Assembly (NCBI GenBank): GCA_017454945.1
Contig: JAFTCA010000121.1
Location: 118 to 64,117 of the forward strand
Direction: 5' to 3'
Origin: Bacteroidales bacterium
GTDB lineage: Bacteria > Bacteroidota > Bacteroidia > Bacteroidales > WCHB1-69
Length of the DNA: 64,000 nt
The notes under the pieces are model-generated. The model saw only the letters and a program-made list of their open reading frames with translations. It did not search any database and had not been told where the DNA came from. Shown in pieces: positions 1 to 7,614 of this stretch (position 1 is the first letter of the stretch; the number at the start of each line of letters is the position of its first letter). The position numbers and the translations under genes are program-made.

Positions 1-359
1 GAGTAAAAATAGAAGTCCCCTATATCTTTCATATAAAAGCGAAGAAAATGCAAAAACTCTTTTGCCTCCTTAATATTGAACTCGTTAATTTCCTCGTAGG
101 AATTTCGTATTAGCAATTGATTTGGCATTCTCACTCGCCTATCCCAAACAGCTGTTATTTCGTGTCCATAGGTTTCATGTCCACTATGCGTGTTCTTTAT
201 ATGAAAATCAGGACCATTATCATCACACCACCACTCAAATTCATAATCTGTAAGCAAAAACTCTGTATTTAAACGAAACACCGGAATATTCCAAGTTTCA
301 AAGTATTGCATCACATGAGAGGGATGTACATCATCTTTTATGGAATAGACAAAAATCAT
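1..359 (-). CDS. ATP-grasp RiPP maturase (MvdC/MvdD-like graspetide synthetase), N-terminal part; runs off the left edge
   Basis: Hand translation from ATG at 359 is open to the window edge: MIFVYSIKDDVHPSHVMQYFETWNIPVFRLNTEFLLTDYEFEWWCDDNGPDFHIKNTHSGHETYGHEITAVWDRRVRMP...KEAKEFLHFLRFYMKD. The D-x-H..V, FRLNTE and I-x-AVWxRR motifs match the N-terminal region of graspetide ATP-grasp ligases. The ATP-grasp core itself lies outside the window. Confidence 0.75.
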   Translation of the reverse strand, partial: MIFVYSIKDDVHPSHVMQYFETWNIPVFRLNTEFLLTDYEFEWWCDDNGPDFHIKNTHSGHETYGHEITAVWDRRVRMPNQLLIRNSYEEINEFNIKEAKEFLHFLRFYMKDIGDFYFY

Positions 360-362
360 CAG

Positions 363-659
363 CTATTTTTTTTCTTTCTGATCGTCGATTTCATTATTGG
401 GTTTATCAATTTTAGCTTGACCATTCTTTTTAACTCCAGATTGTACCGCAATACCACAAAAACTTCCTCCTCTTAAACTTCTTGTTCCCACTTTATCACT
501 AAAAAGACCATCTAATAGCCCCATAGTAGAATATGCAATCTGTTTTTCGTCATCGTACTTGAAAAAATCATTAGTGGTTTCATCTAAAATAGGGGTGGGT
601 TGGGTAAATGCCATCATTAACGGCATAATGTTGTTTTGATTGTTTAATTGTAGGTTCAT
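363..659 (-). CDS. putative graspetide (omega-ester/amide RiPP) precursor peptide
   Basis: 98-aa ORF (the start may be Met12) whose stop lies 3 nt before the ATP-grasp-like ORF. Leader-like PTPILDE..FKYDDEKQI, then VGTRSLR...KIDKPNNEIDDQKEKK, with Thr/Ser/Lys donors ahead of an Asp/Glu-rich end. Confidence 0.7.
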   Translation of the reverse strand: MNLQLNNQNNIMPLMMAFTQPTPILDETTNDFFKYDDEKQIAYSTMGLLDGLFSDKVGTRSLRGGSFCGIAVQSGVKKNGQAKIDKPNNEIDDQKEKK

Positions 660-717
660 AATGTTTAAATTTAAAGTGAATAATTTATTTAATTGTATTT
701 TTTACTTTTGCCATATT

Positions 718-1455
718 CTATAACACAACAAGTAATAATATGTAAAATATTACCAGAGCTACAATTGCTATGATGATGCTTTTTTTGTGTTTTGAAAATA
801 GCGATTTTAAATCTTGAGAACCATTCTCTCCATTGGAGAAAGCTGATTGTATACTACCTGTAACCATTGATTTCAAATCCAGAGAACCATAAGAACCTTT
901 TCTAGATAATGATCCTTTCTGATATCCATGCGCATATTTACTTAAGCTACCCATACGGCCTTCCTTCATAAATAGACGTTTACAATCATCAATTTTGTTT
1001 TCTTCCACAATGTCAATTAGTGCTAAACGCATTGCTTCATCAGTAGCCACATACTCCTTTTGTGCTTTCGTTAAAAAAAGCATGGCACGATCAAATATAA
1101 GATCTTCATCAGCATATGAAACACACCAATAAGCATCATCAACACCACCGCTTGTATAATTTATTACCAAATAAGCCCCTGTTTCTCTAATCTCTAACAT
1201 CGAGAATAGAAATTTCAATGAGGCAATTACTTCTTCTCGAGAATCTGGATATTCCAAACTTCTGAAGAATTGATTTCGAAGTGAATTCATTCTCTTTGCT
1301 TCCGTTTTCTGTGCGTTAGAGAATGCTGCCATTCCTGCAGCTTGTTTTCCATAATCTGTTACGCTTATTTGTTTTTCTTGTGCATCTATTGCTGCTAATT
1401 GTTCTTTTAACGCACTAAGGTGCTGTTTAATTTTTTCCTTGTCAAGATTTTCCAT
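718..1455 (-). CDS. hypothetical protein with N-terminal coiled-coil-like segment and C-terminal transmembrane anchor
   Basis: 245-aa ORF in the AT-rich block. It ends KKSIIIAIVALVIFYILLLVVL. No family recognised. Confidence 0.7.
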   Translation of the reverse strand: MENLDKEKIKQHLSALKEQLAAIDAQEKQISVTDYGKQAAGMAAFSNAQKTEAKRMNSLRNQFFRSLEYPDSREEVIASLKFLFSMLEIRETGAYLVINYTSGGVDDAYWCVSYADEDLIFDRAMLFLTKAQKEYVATDEAMRLALIDIVEENKIDDCKRLFMKEGRMGSLSKYAHGYQKGSLSRKGSYGSLDLKSMVTGSIQSAFSNGENGSQDLKSLFSKHKKSIIIAIVALVIFYILLLVVL

Positions 1456-1617
1456 AATTATTTGTTTTTCAGGTTGATAATTGATTATAATTTTATTATT
1501 AGCTTGTTCTTTTTAGAATTCTTAGTCTACTCCTTTCTATGATAAATTAATTCGGGCAAGCAAGTATTATATTTTTTTTCATTTTTGACAGTTTATTGTA
1601 TTTTATAGCAGAAGCAA

Positions 1618-2529
1618 TTACCAACAAGCGCAAATTTGTTCCACCCAATAATAAAAGCGCGAAACCGGCTTAATACCCACTTTCGATAGGACTCCATTCT
1701 TTATATCAAATTTATCATTTATAATGCTTTTTCTCTTGGACAAATCTATTTGTTTATTTTTTTTATCAAATTTTGCATATACAGCAAAATCCCCATTTGA
1801 AACAATAACACATGAAAAATCTTTTTTAATTCTATTCAAATCAGCCAATTGTTCCTCTGAAATATTTATAATATTATCAACTACTTGATAATTTTCCTTA
1901 TCCCCATCTTTTGGCCTTGCCTCTGTACGCATGTAATTCATATAATACTTGATAACATAACAAATGGTTATGACCAAACACAAAAAATAGACAACAAAAG
2001 CCATTATGTATAGACACTTACAATAACCATGATCACAATACCTCCAACAACAACAATCGCACTTACATACAAATTGCGAGATTTTATACAACGAAGCAAC
2101 AATGACCAAGATTTGCGAAAATAACAAAGCTGTGAAGAACAATCTGTAATATCCTGTAAGATAATATGCCAAACAACGATTATTCGGTGTTGAATAAACT
2201 GTTGTCAAACCATATTTATCTCTGATGCGAAACAATTGGAGTTGATCTCGACGCTCTGCATAGCCAAGAAAAACGCTCAAACACGTAAGAAAGCATAAAA
2301 TACCCATAACCACAACAGAGAGCCATAGGAAATTTTCAATATTAAACCACAACGAACCTTCTGTATCTAGCGGACTAGTTTTGGCAAATACAATTCCGAA
2401 TGTGCCAAACAAAACAAACAATGTGGCTGTGAAAGTAAGGAATATCTGCAGATGGGCGTTACTATTGGATGAATATTGTTCGTGCAAATGCTTTTCAAGT
2501 TCAAACTGTTTGTCTGAAATATCGTACAT
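1618..2529 (-). CDS. hypothetical multi-pass membrane protein with a Cys-rich loop
   Basis: 303-aa ORF with about four hydrophobic segments. CKCDCCCWRYCDHGYCKC lies between the last two. Confidence 0.7.
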   Translation of the reverse strand: MYDISDKQFELEKHLHEQYSSNSNAHLQIFLTFTATLFVLFGTFGIVFAKTSPLDTEGSLWFNIENFLWLSVVVMGILCFLTCLSVFLGYAERRDQLQLFRIRDKYGLTTVYSTPNNRCLAYYLTGYYRLFFTALLFSQILVIVASLYKISQFVCKCDCCCWRYCDHGYCKCLYIMAFVVYFLCLVITICYVIKYYMNYMRTEARPKDGDKENYQVVDNIINISEEQLADLNRIKKDFSCVIVSNGDFAVYAKFDKKNKQIDLSKRKSIINDKFDIKNGVLSKVGIKPVSRFYYWVEQICACW

Positions 2530-2623
2530 AGCGTTCTTTATCTGAATAATGTTGTGTTTGAAAAAATGAAATTAGGAATTATATATTAATAATGCCCTTC
2601 CCCTTTGACAAAAATCTCTAATT

Positions 2624-2701
2624 CTATCGCCTCTTCATTGTTTTAAAAGAAGGAACAGCAAGATACTCTATATCGTTAATGTTTGTAGTACTATTTTTCA
2701 T
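2624..2701 (-). CDS. possible small ORF (25 aa, MKNSTTNINDIEYLAVPSFKTMKRR)
   Basis: ATG at 2701, TAG at 2624-2626. The A-rich upstream context (cttaaaatcaaaaaaatATG) fits Bacteroidota initiation. It is below the ORF-track cutoff and has no homology support. Confidence 0.3.
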   Translation of the reverse strand: MKNSTTNINDIEYLAVPSFKTMKRR

Positions 2702-2835
2702 ATTTTTTTGATTTTAAGTTGAATATATTTTTTAGTTATTAGTTGTTAGTTGAGAGAGAATGTGAGGTGTAAAGAGTAAGTTTCAAGTTTTCTTTCTCGC
2801 CAGATACAATAAAAAAACGTGAATCATTTTTCGTT

Positions 2836-3012
2836 CGTCAAAGAGGCTCTAGCAAAACCTATGCAGAAAACAAAAAACAATCCACGCCTTAAGCAGACGT
2901 AAATCAACTTTCTCGTTTTTCTGCATGCGTAAAATTAAATTTGCTAGATTTCCTTTGACGTACAAGAAAAGCGTTTACTAAATAAAGAACGTATTCATCC
3001 GTGAATGACGTT
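2836..3012 (-). ncRNA. putative structured 5' leader (long interrupted hairpin plus small promoter-proximal hairpin)
   Basis: Nested complementary arms: cgtcaaag 2836-2843 / ctttgacg 2953-2960; tctagcaaa 2848-2856 / tttgctaga 2940-2948; atgcagaaaa 2861-2870 / ttttctgcat 2917-2926. A second hairpin, aacgtattca-tccg-tgaatgacgtt, lies just downstream of a minus-strand promoter box. Confidence 0.45.
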
Positions 3013-3013
3013 G

Positions 3014-3021
3014 CAAATATA
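3014..3021 (-). promoter_or_regulatory. Bacteroidota -7 promoter box (TATATTTG) driving the leftward operon
   Basis: Matches the TAnnTTTG consensus on the minus strand, upstream of the structured leader. Confidence 0.55.
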
Positions 3022-3151
3022 GTAAATTGTTTTACATCTGCAACATGGATTGTTTTTCAGCTGCAAAAATATAATGAAAACAGGCAGGCGGGCAAGTCCT
3101 AATTGGTCCGAATGAGGGAACGGAGAGATGAGAGTGGAGAGGTAAAAATCC

Positions 3152-3763
3152 TTATCCTTTATCTTTCGTCAATTCTTCTATCTTTTTTTCCAACGCAGCA
3201 ATTCGATCGTCGTTTTCTCGTTTTACAGAATGTTTTAATTTCAAAATGGCAAGATTTAGCTCAAACGACGTTTCACTGCTTCTTTTGGGTAAAGTATCAT
3301 CTAAAATCTCATTAACAAGTTGGCTACCGCGCTGCAACAACGATTGCCGCTGGGATTCACCATGTTCCTCGTTGGGCAGTTCAACGATAACCCGTGACAA
3401 TTCTTTCAACTTTGCAAATGTCTCCACTATAGCTATAGTGGTTTCTACCGCCTTAGGACTTTTCAGGATTGTTGCAAGCATATAGAGGCCTTTTTCTGTC
3501 AAGGCCTTAGGAAGATATTTTTTGTGCTGACCTCTTCCATTGCTCTTTAAGGTCAAAAATTTTGACCTTAAAGAATGAAATTCTTGATTATCAATCTGAA
3601 AGATATATCCATCGGGAAATTTCTTAGGATTGTTTCTTACTGCTTGATTGATTTCTTTGGTCTCCACTCCGTAGAGTTCCGCCACATCATAATCTAAAAT
3701 CACCTGCTGTTCGCGCAAGGTGATGATTTTGGATTCCACATCCATTGGTGTTAAATCTTTCAT
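3152..3763 (-). CDS. ORF6N domain-containing protein
   Basis: IITLREQQVILDYDVAELYGVETKEINQAVRNNPKKFP..YIFQ and ALTEKGLYMLATILKSPKA are characteristic ORF6N motifs. Confidence 0.9.
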   Translation of the reverse strand: MKDLTPMDVESKIITLREQQVILDYDVAELYGVETKEINQAVRNNPKKFPDGYIFQIDNQEFHSLRSKFLTLKSNGRGQHKKYLPKALTEKGLYMLATILKSPKAVETTIAIVETFAKLKELSRVIVELPNEEHGESQRQSLLQRGSQLVNEILDDTLPKRSSETSFELNLAILKLKHSVKRENDDRIAALEKKIEELTKDKG

Positions 3764-3867
3764 CGTTTTTTTTTATGAATTTTTTGAAACAAATCTATGA
3801 CAATACTAAGAGATTAGCAATACCCCAAACAACGATATATCACTATTTTTCAACAAGATAAACCGCA

Positions 3868-3959
3868 TTTTACAAAGGATAAAATGCCCTTTTGTAAGGG
3901 CAAAGTGTATTTACCCTTGCAAACGTGCGATATAGGGGTGCAATTTTTGTAAGGTGCAA
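3868..3959. promoter_or_regulatory. array of direct/inverted repeats upstream of the kinase promoter (operator-like)
   Basis: tttgtaagggcaaa 3891-3904 and tttgtaaggtgcaa 3946-3959 are direct repeats. cccttgcaaa 3914-3923 is an imperfect inverted copy. A TATTTTTG -7 box follows at 3983-3990. Confidence 0.4.
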
Positions 3960-4008
3960 CCCAAAAAAATGGGAGTTTTTTGTATTTTTGCTGCGGATTT
4001 TCAAGAAT

Positions 4009-5247
4009 ATGAACGACTCTTCCACTTCGGGTGCCATCACTTCGTCCTTTGAGAACATCTCGGACGTCTTTACTGCGCATAGCGAAATCGCTGCAGGCGG
4101 ATTCAACTGCTTATACAAGGCGCAGCGCTACGGAAAATGGTATGTATTGAAAGGCTTGAAGCCCGAATTTCGCAATAGCACCGTTCATCAGGAACTACTG
4201 GCCAAGGAGTTCGAGTTGGGCATCAAGATGAACCACCCTCACATTGCTCAAACAGTGGGCTTAGATACCGACCCTCTTGCCGGACCCTGCATTGTGATGG
4301 AATATGTTGATGGCGTGACCCTGAAGGAGTTCCTGCAAACCAACCCTTCAGCCAAAACACGACTGAAAATCGCGCACGAGCTGCTGTCGGCAATAGCCTA
4401 CTTCCACGGTCTGCAGATTGTTCACCGCGACCTGAAGCCCGACAACATCCTCATCACCCGCAACGGCCACAATGTGAAGCTCATCGACTTCGGCTTGGCC
4501 GACAGCGATTATCACGGTGTGTTGAAACAACCCGCCGGCAGCGACCGTTACGCCGCACCCGAGCAGAAAGAGGGCAAGGTGGCCATCGACTGCCGCGCCG
4601 ACATATACGCCTTCGGCCACATTCTGCGTCAACTCTTCCCGCACTGCTACGGCGCCATCTACCGCAAATGCGTGCAACCCGACCGAAACAAGCGTTACAA
4701 CAATGCCGAGGAGATTCTGAAACGGCTGCAGCGCGTGCAATGGAGCACACTTGCTCTCTTCCTCTCAATGCTGTTGCTGTGCGCCGGTACAACCATTTGG
4801 CTCTTGCAAAAGCATTACCTGCAGAGGCATAGTCCCCATGCAGAGCCCATCATCCTGACAAACACCGACACACTGATTGTTAGAGACACCGTGTTGATTG
4901 TAACAGAACCCGCAGCTCCGCCACGAATCCCGCAAGAAGCCATCCGCATGCTCAACCGTTCCTTGGACACACTTTTCCAACCTATTTGGGACAAGTACCA
5001 TGCCGCCACAACCCCTGCAAACCTCACGCAATGTACACAAGATATCCAAAAAATCCTGCAGAAGTACGATGCCATACAGCACTCCATCCTCTCCCCTATA
5101 AAAAAGGCATACCCTACTTGTGTGCCGCTGTCGGAACAATTAGACAAAGCATATCATCAGAATTACAACCAGCGGTACAAAGCCATCTGCGACTCCATCA
5201 CCAGGAGATTCCATCTTCAGAACGGCCTACCGGATCCGTTTGAATAG
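4009..5247 (+). CDS. membrane-anchored Hanks-type Ser/Thr protein kinase
   Basis: VLKGLK, HRDLKPDNILI, DFG and RYAAPE motifs, then a single TM segment (WSTLALFLSMLLLCAGTTIWLL) and a C-terminal domain. Start moved from 3925 to ATG 4009, which follows the promoter box. Confidence 0.92.
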   Translation: MNDSSTSGAITSSFENISDVFTAHSEIAAGGFNCLYKAQRYGKWYVLKGLKPEFRNSTVHQELLAKEFELGIKMNHPHIAQTVGLDTDPLAGPCIVMEYVDGVTLKEFLQTNPSAKTRLKIAHELLSAIAYFHGLQIVHRDLKPDNILITRNGHNVKLIDFGLADSDYHGVLKQPAGSDRYAAPEQKEGKVAIDCRADIYAFGHILRQLFPHCYGAIYRKCVQPDRNKRYNNAEEILKRLQRVQWSTLALFLSMLLLCAGTTIWLLQKHYLQRHSPHAEPIILTNTDTLIVRDTVLIVTEPAAPPRIPQEAIRMLNRSLDTLFQPIWDKYHAATTPANLTQCTQDIQKILQKYDAIQHSILSPIKKAYPTCVPLSEQLDKAYHQNYNQRYKAICDSITRRFHLQNGLPDPFE

Positions 5248-5248
5248 A

Positions 5249-5815
5249 CTACCCCCTCTCCGCCATTGTCAGACCCCCCTTATTGCCCACCACGAACAGC
5301 GTGGGGGCATTGTCGTCGCGGACAAAGCTATCGAGATAGAGCGGCTGGCCTAAGATAAAGCAGGAACAGTGGAACGTGTCGCCTACTTTCAACTTGGAAT
5401 TTTCGGCCGCCAGCACTCTGAAAGAGCCGTCACCCAAATGTTCCAACAGCACACGTCGGTCGGGAGCCCACGCAATTCGCAACTGTCCACCCACTTCTAT
5501 ATCAGCGGCATACAACGTGCGGCCGAACACCATTTGTGAGGTTTCGCCGTCCTTGTCATGATGCGCCACAAAGTCGTCCCAATCGTGAAAGCCGACACAA
5601 CGCGCCAGCACCGAAAGTGTGGAATAGCGCACCGTGTCGTAGCCGTCAATGTAGCCCCAGATGCGCTTCAAGGTGGTCACACCCAAGGTTTCCTTGCAGC
5701 GCTCCTGAATGACACCTGTCAAAAATTGGAAATCTGCGGGCGTCTTCATCGGTCGCGAAACCGACTCCTCGACCAACTTCCGCAATACGAGAATATCACT
5801 GTCATTAGGGGACAT
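5249..5815 (-). CDS. conserved hypothetical protein convergent with the kinase (helical N-terminal domain, beta-rich C-terminal domain)
   Basis: 188 aa. TPADFQFL..IQER..ETLGVTTLKRIWGY resembles a Bacteroidales family I recall next to such kinases (not verified by search). The two stop codons abut with a 1-nt gap. Confidence 0.8.
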   Translation of the reverse strand: MSPNDSDILVLRKLVEESVSRPMKTPADFQFLTGVIQERCKETLGVTTLKRIWGYIDGYDTVRYSTLSVLARCVGFHDWDDFVAHHDKDGETSQMVFGRTLYAADIEVGGQLRIAWAPDRRVLLEHLGDGSFRVLAAENSKLKVGDTFHCSCFILGQPLYLDSFVRDDNAPTLFVVGNKGGLTMAERG

Positions 5816-5971
5816 ATCCTATCGTTTTTAGGCTCACAAAAATACAGAAAAATAGCACCCGCATTCATCCTATTTGGTCCGAATATAGTTGTTAGACGTT
5901 AGTTTTTAGTTGTTAGCGCAGGGATGCACCGCATGTATCCATTTGTTATGCAAATCAACGGACATAAAAAA

Positions 5972-6001
5972 TGTATAGACGGGGCGCGCCCCGTCTATAC
6001 A
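5972..6001. repeat. REP-like perfect palindrome (30 nt)
   Basis: tgtatagacggggcgcgccccgtctataca is fully self-complementary and has GTAT/GTAG-type ends. Confidence 0.75.
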
Positions 6002-6028
6002 ACAATTTGAATTCTGAATTTTGAATTT

Positions 6029-7225
6029 CTATTTCACAGCTTCAATAGCCTGTTTGATCAGCTGGAAGGTGCGTTCGGGATCGTTGTCCAGACCTACGGA
6101 GAAGCGGATCAGACCTTCGCTCATACCCATTTCCTTTTGGATATCTTCGGGAACCTCTGAAGATGTTGATTTGCCCGAGTTGCTGAACAAAGTCTTGAAA
6201 TAGCCCAAGCTTACAGCCAGATAACCTACGCCCAGGCGTTGCATCTCTTCCATGATGGCCGAAGCCTTCTCTGCCGTGCCCATGTCGATGGAAATCATGC
6301 CGCCGAAGCCGTACTCTTCGTTCATCATCGACTTGAACAGTTCGTGGTCCACATGTTCGGGCAGACCAGGATAGTTGTACTTGATGCCGGTTTCTTTGAA
6401 GCGCTTAGCCAGATACATGGCGTTCTCGCTGTGCTTCTTCATGCGGATATGCAGCGTGTGCAGGTTCTTCTGGATGCTGGATGAACGGTACGGGTCGAGC
6501 ACGGGACCGAGCAACATGGCGGTACCGTCGTTCACATTAATCAGTGAGTTGATATAGTCGGCCGAGCCGCAGATAGCGCCAGCCACGCAATCGTTCATGC
6601 CGTTCACATACTTGGTCATACTGTAAATCACCACGTCGGCACCCAAACGGTAGGGCGAGAAAATCATCGGGGTGAAGGTGTTGTCAACCAGCAGGCGTGC
6701 GCCGGCAGCATGAGCAATCTTCGACAGCTCAGGAATGTTGGCAATACGGAGCAACGGGTTGTTCATCGTCTCCGTGTAGAGAACCTTGGTATTGGGACGG
6801 ATGGCCTTCTTCACGGCATCCAAATCCTGCATGTTAACGAAGGTAACTTCAACGCCGAACTTCTTGATGTAATTGTTCAGGAAAGCGAAAGTGCCGCCGT
6901 AGGTGGTCATGCTCGACAGGATGTGGTCGCCGGCTTTCACTTCGTGCAGCAGAGCCACCGTGATGGCAGCCATACCTGAGCCCGTAGCCCAAGCCGATTC
7001 GGTGCCTTCCATGGCAGCCAGAGCCTTGGCCAAGGCCAGCGTGCTGGGATTCCAGTGACGTGAATAGAGGAAATAGCCTTCCGTCTCACCATGGAAAGTG
7101 TCGGTCATGGTGTGGGCTTCTTCGAACATGAACGTGGCGCTGTCGCAAATGGCGGGGTTCACACCACGATAGGCATCTTTCTGATCGATAGCCTGAATAT
7201 TAGTTGCAGGGTCAAATTTTTGCAT
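6029..7225 (-). CDS. PLP-dependent Cys/Met metabolism enzyme, probably methionine gamma-lyase
   Basis: YLYSRHWNP-like FLYSRHWNP, SGMAAI, YTETMNNP, DNTF and PLP lysine in SMTKY. Start set at ATG 7225 because the longer track ORF overlaps tRNA-Leu and the promoter. Confidence 0.85.
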   Translation of the reverse strand: MQKFDPATNIQAIDQKDAYRGVNPAICDSATFMFEEAHTMTDTFHGETEGYFLYSRHWNPSTLALAKALAAMEGTESAWATGSGMAAITVALLHEVKAGDHILSSMTTYGGTFAFLNNYIKKFGVEVTFVNMQDLDAVKKAIRPNTKVLYTETMNNPLLRIANIPELSKIAHAAGARLLVDNTFTPMIFSPYRLGADVVIYSMTKYVNGMNDCVAGAICGSADYINSLINVNDGTAMLLGPVLDPYRSSSIQKNLHTLHIRMKKHSENAMYLAKRFKETGIKYNYPGLPEHVDHELFKSMMNEEYGFGGMISIDMGTAEKASAIMEEMQRLGVGYLAVSLGYFKTLFSNSGKSTSSEVPEDIQKEMGMSEGLIRFSVGLDNDPERTFQLIKQAIEAVK

Positions 7226-7341
7226 AATATTATAGTTTTTAGTTGATACTTTAATTGAGGTAGCAAAGTTATAAAAAAAGAAAATGAAAGACAACAAAAA
7301 AAACCGCAGACAAATCTGCGGCTTATGTTTTGTGTCCTTTT

Positions 7342-7426
7342 TGGTGCGGATAGGGAGACTCGAACTCCCACTCCGTGAGGAACTAGATCCTAAGTCTAGC
7401 GCGGCTACCAATTACGCCATATCCGC
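7342..7426 (-). tRNA. tRNA-Leu (anticodon TAG)
   Basis: Reverse complement gcggatatggcgtaattggtagccgcg-ctaga-cttagga-tctag-...gttcgagtctccctatccgcacca. Long variable arm and encoded CCA. Confidence 0.95.
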
Positions 7427-7440
7427 TAGTGATTGGTTTT

Positions 7441-7517
7441 TGGGGCGACCTGTGGGATTCGAACCCACGACTTACGGAACCACAATCCGGCACTCTACCA
7501 ACTGAGCTAAGATCGCC
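7441..7517 (-). tRNA. tRNA-His (anticodon GTG)
   Basis: Reverse complement ggcgatcttagctcagttggtagagtgccgga-ttgtggt-tccg...gttcgaatcccacaggtcgcccca. G-1:C73 pair and encoded CCA. Confidence 0.95.
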
Positions 7518-7614
7518 ATATTTGAGGCGGCAAAAATACAACTTTTTTTGTTTGCCTCAACAAATTTCGAAAAATTTATCGTCCCTGCCTGTTAGGGCGA
7601 ATAATTACGCTCCC

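Noticed and set aside
7342-7517. tRNA pair as an integration site
   Set aside because: No duplicated tRNA 3' end and no integrase seen; the flanking genes look like core genes.
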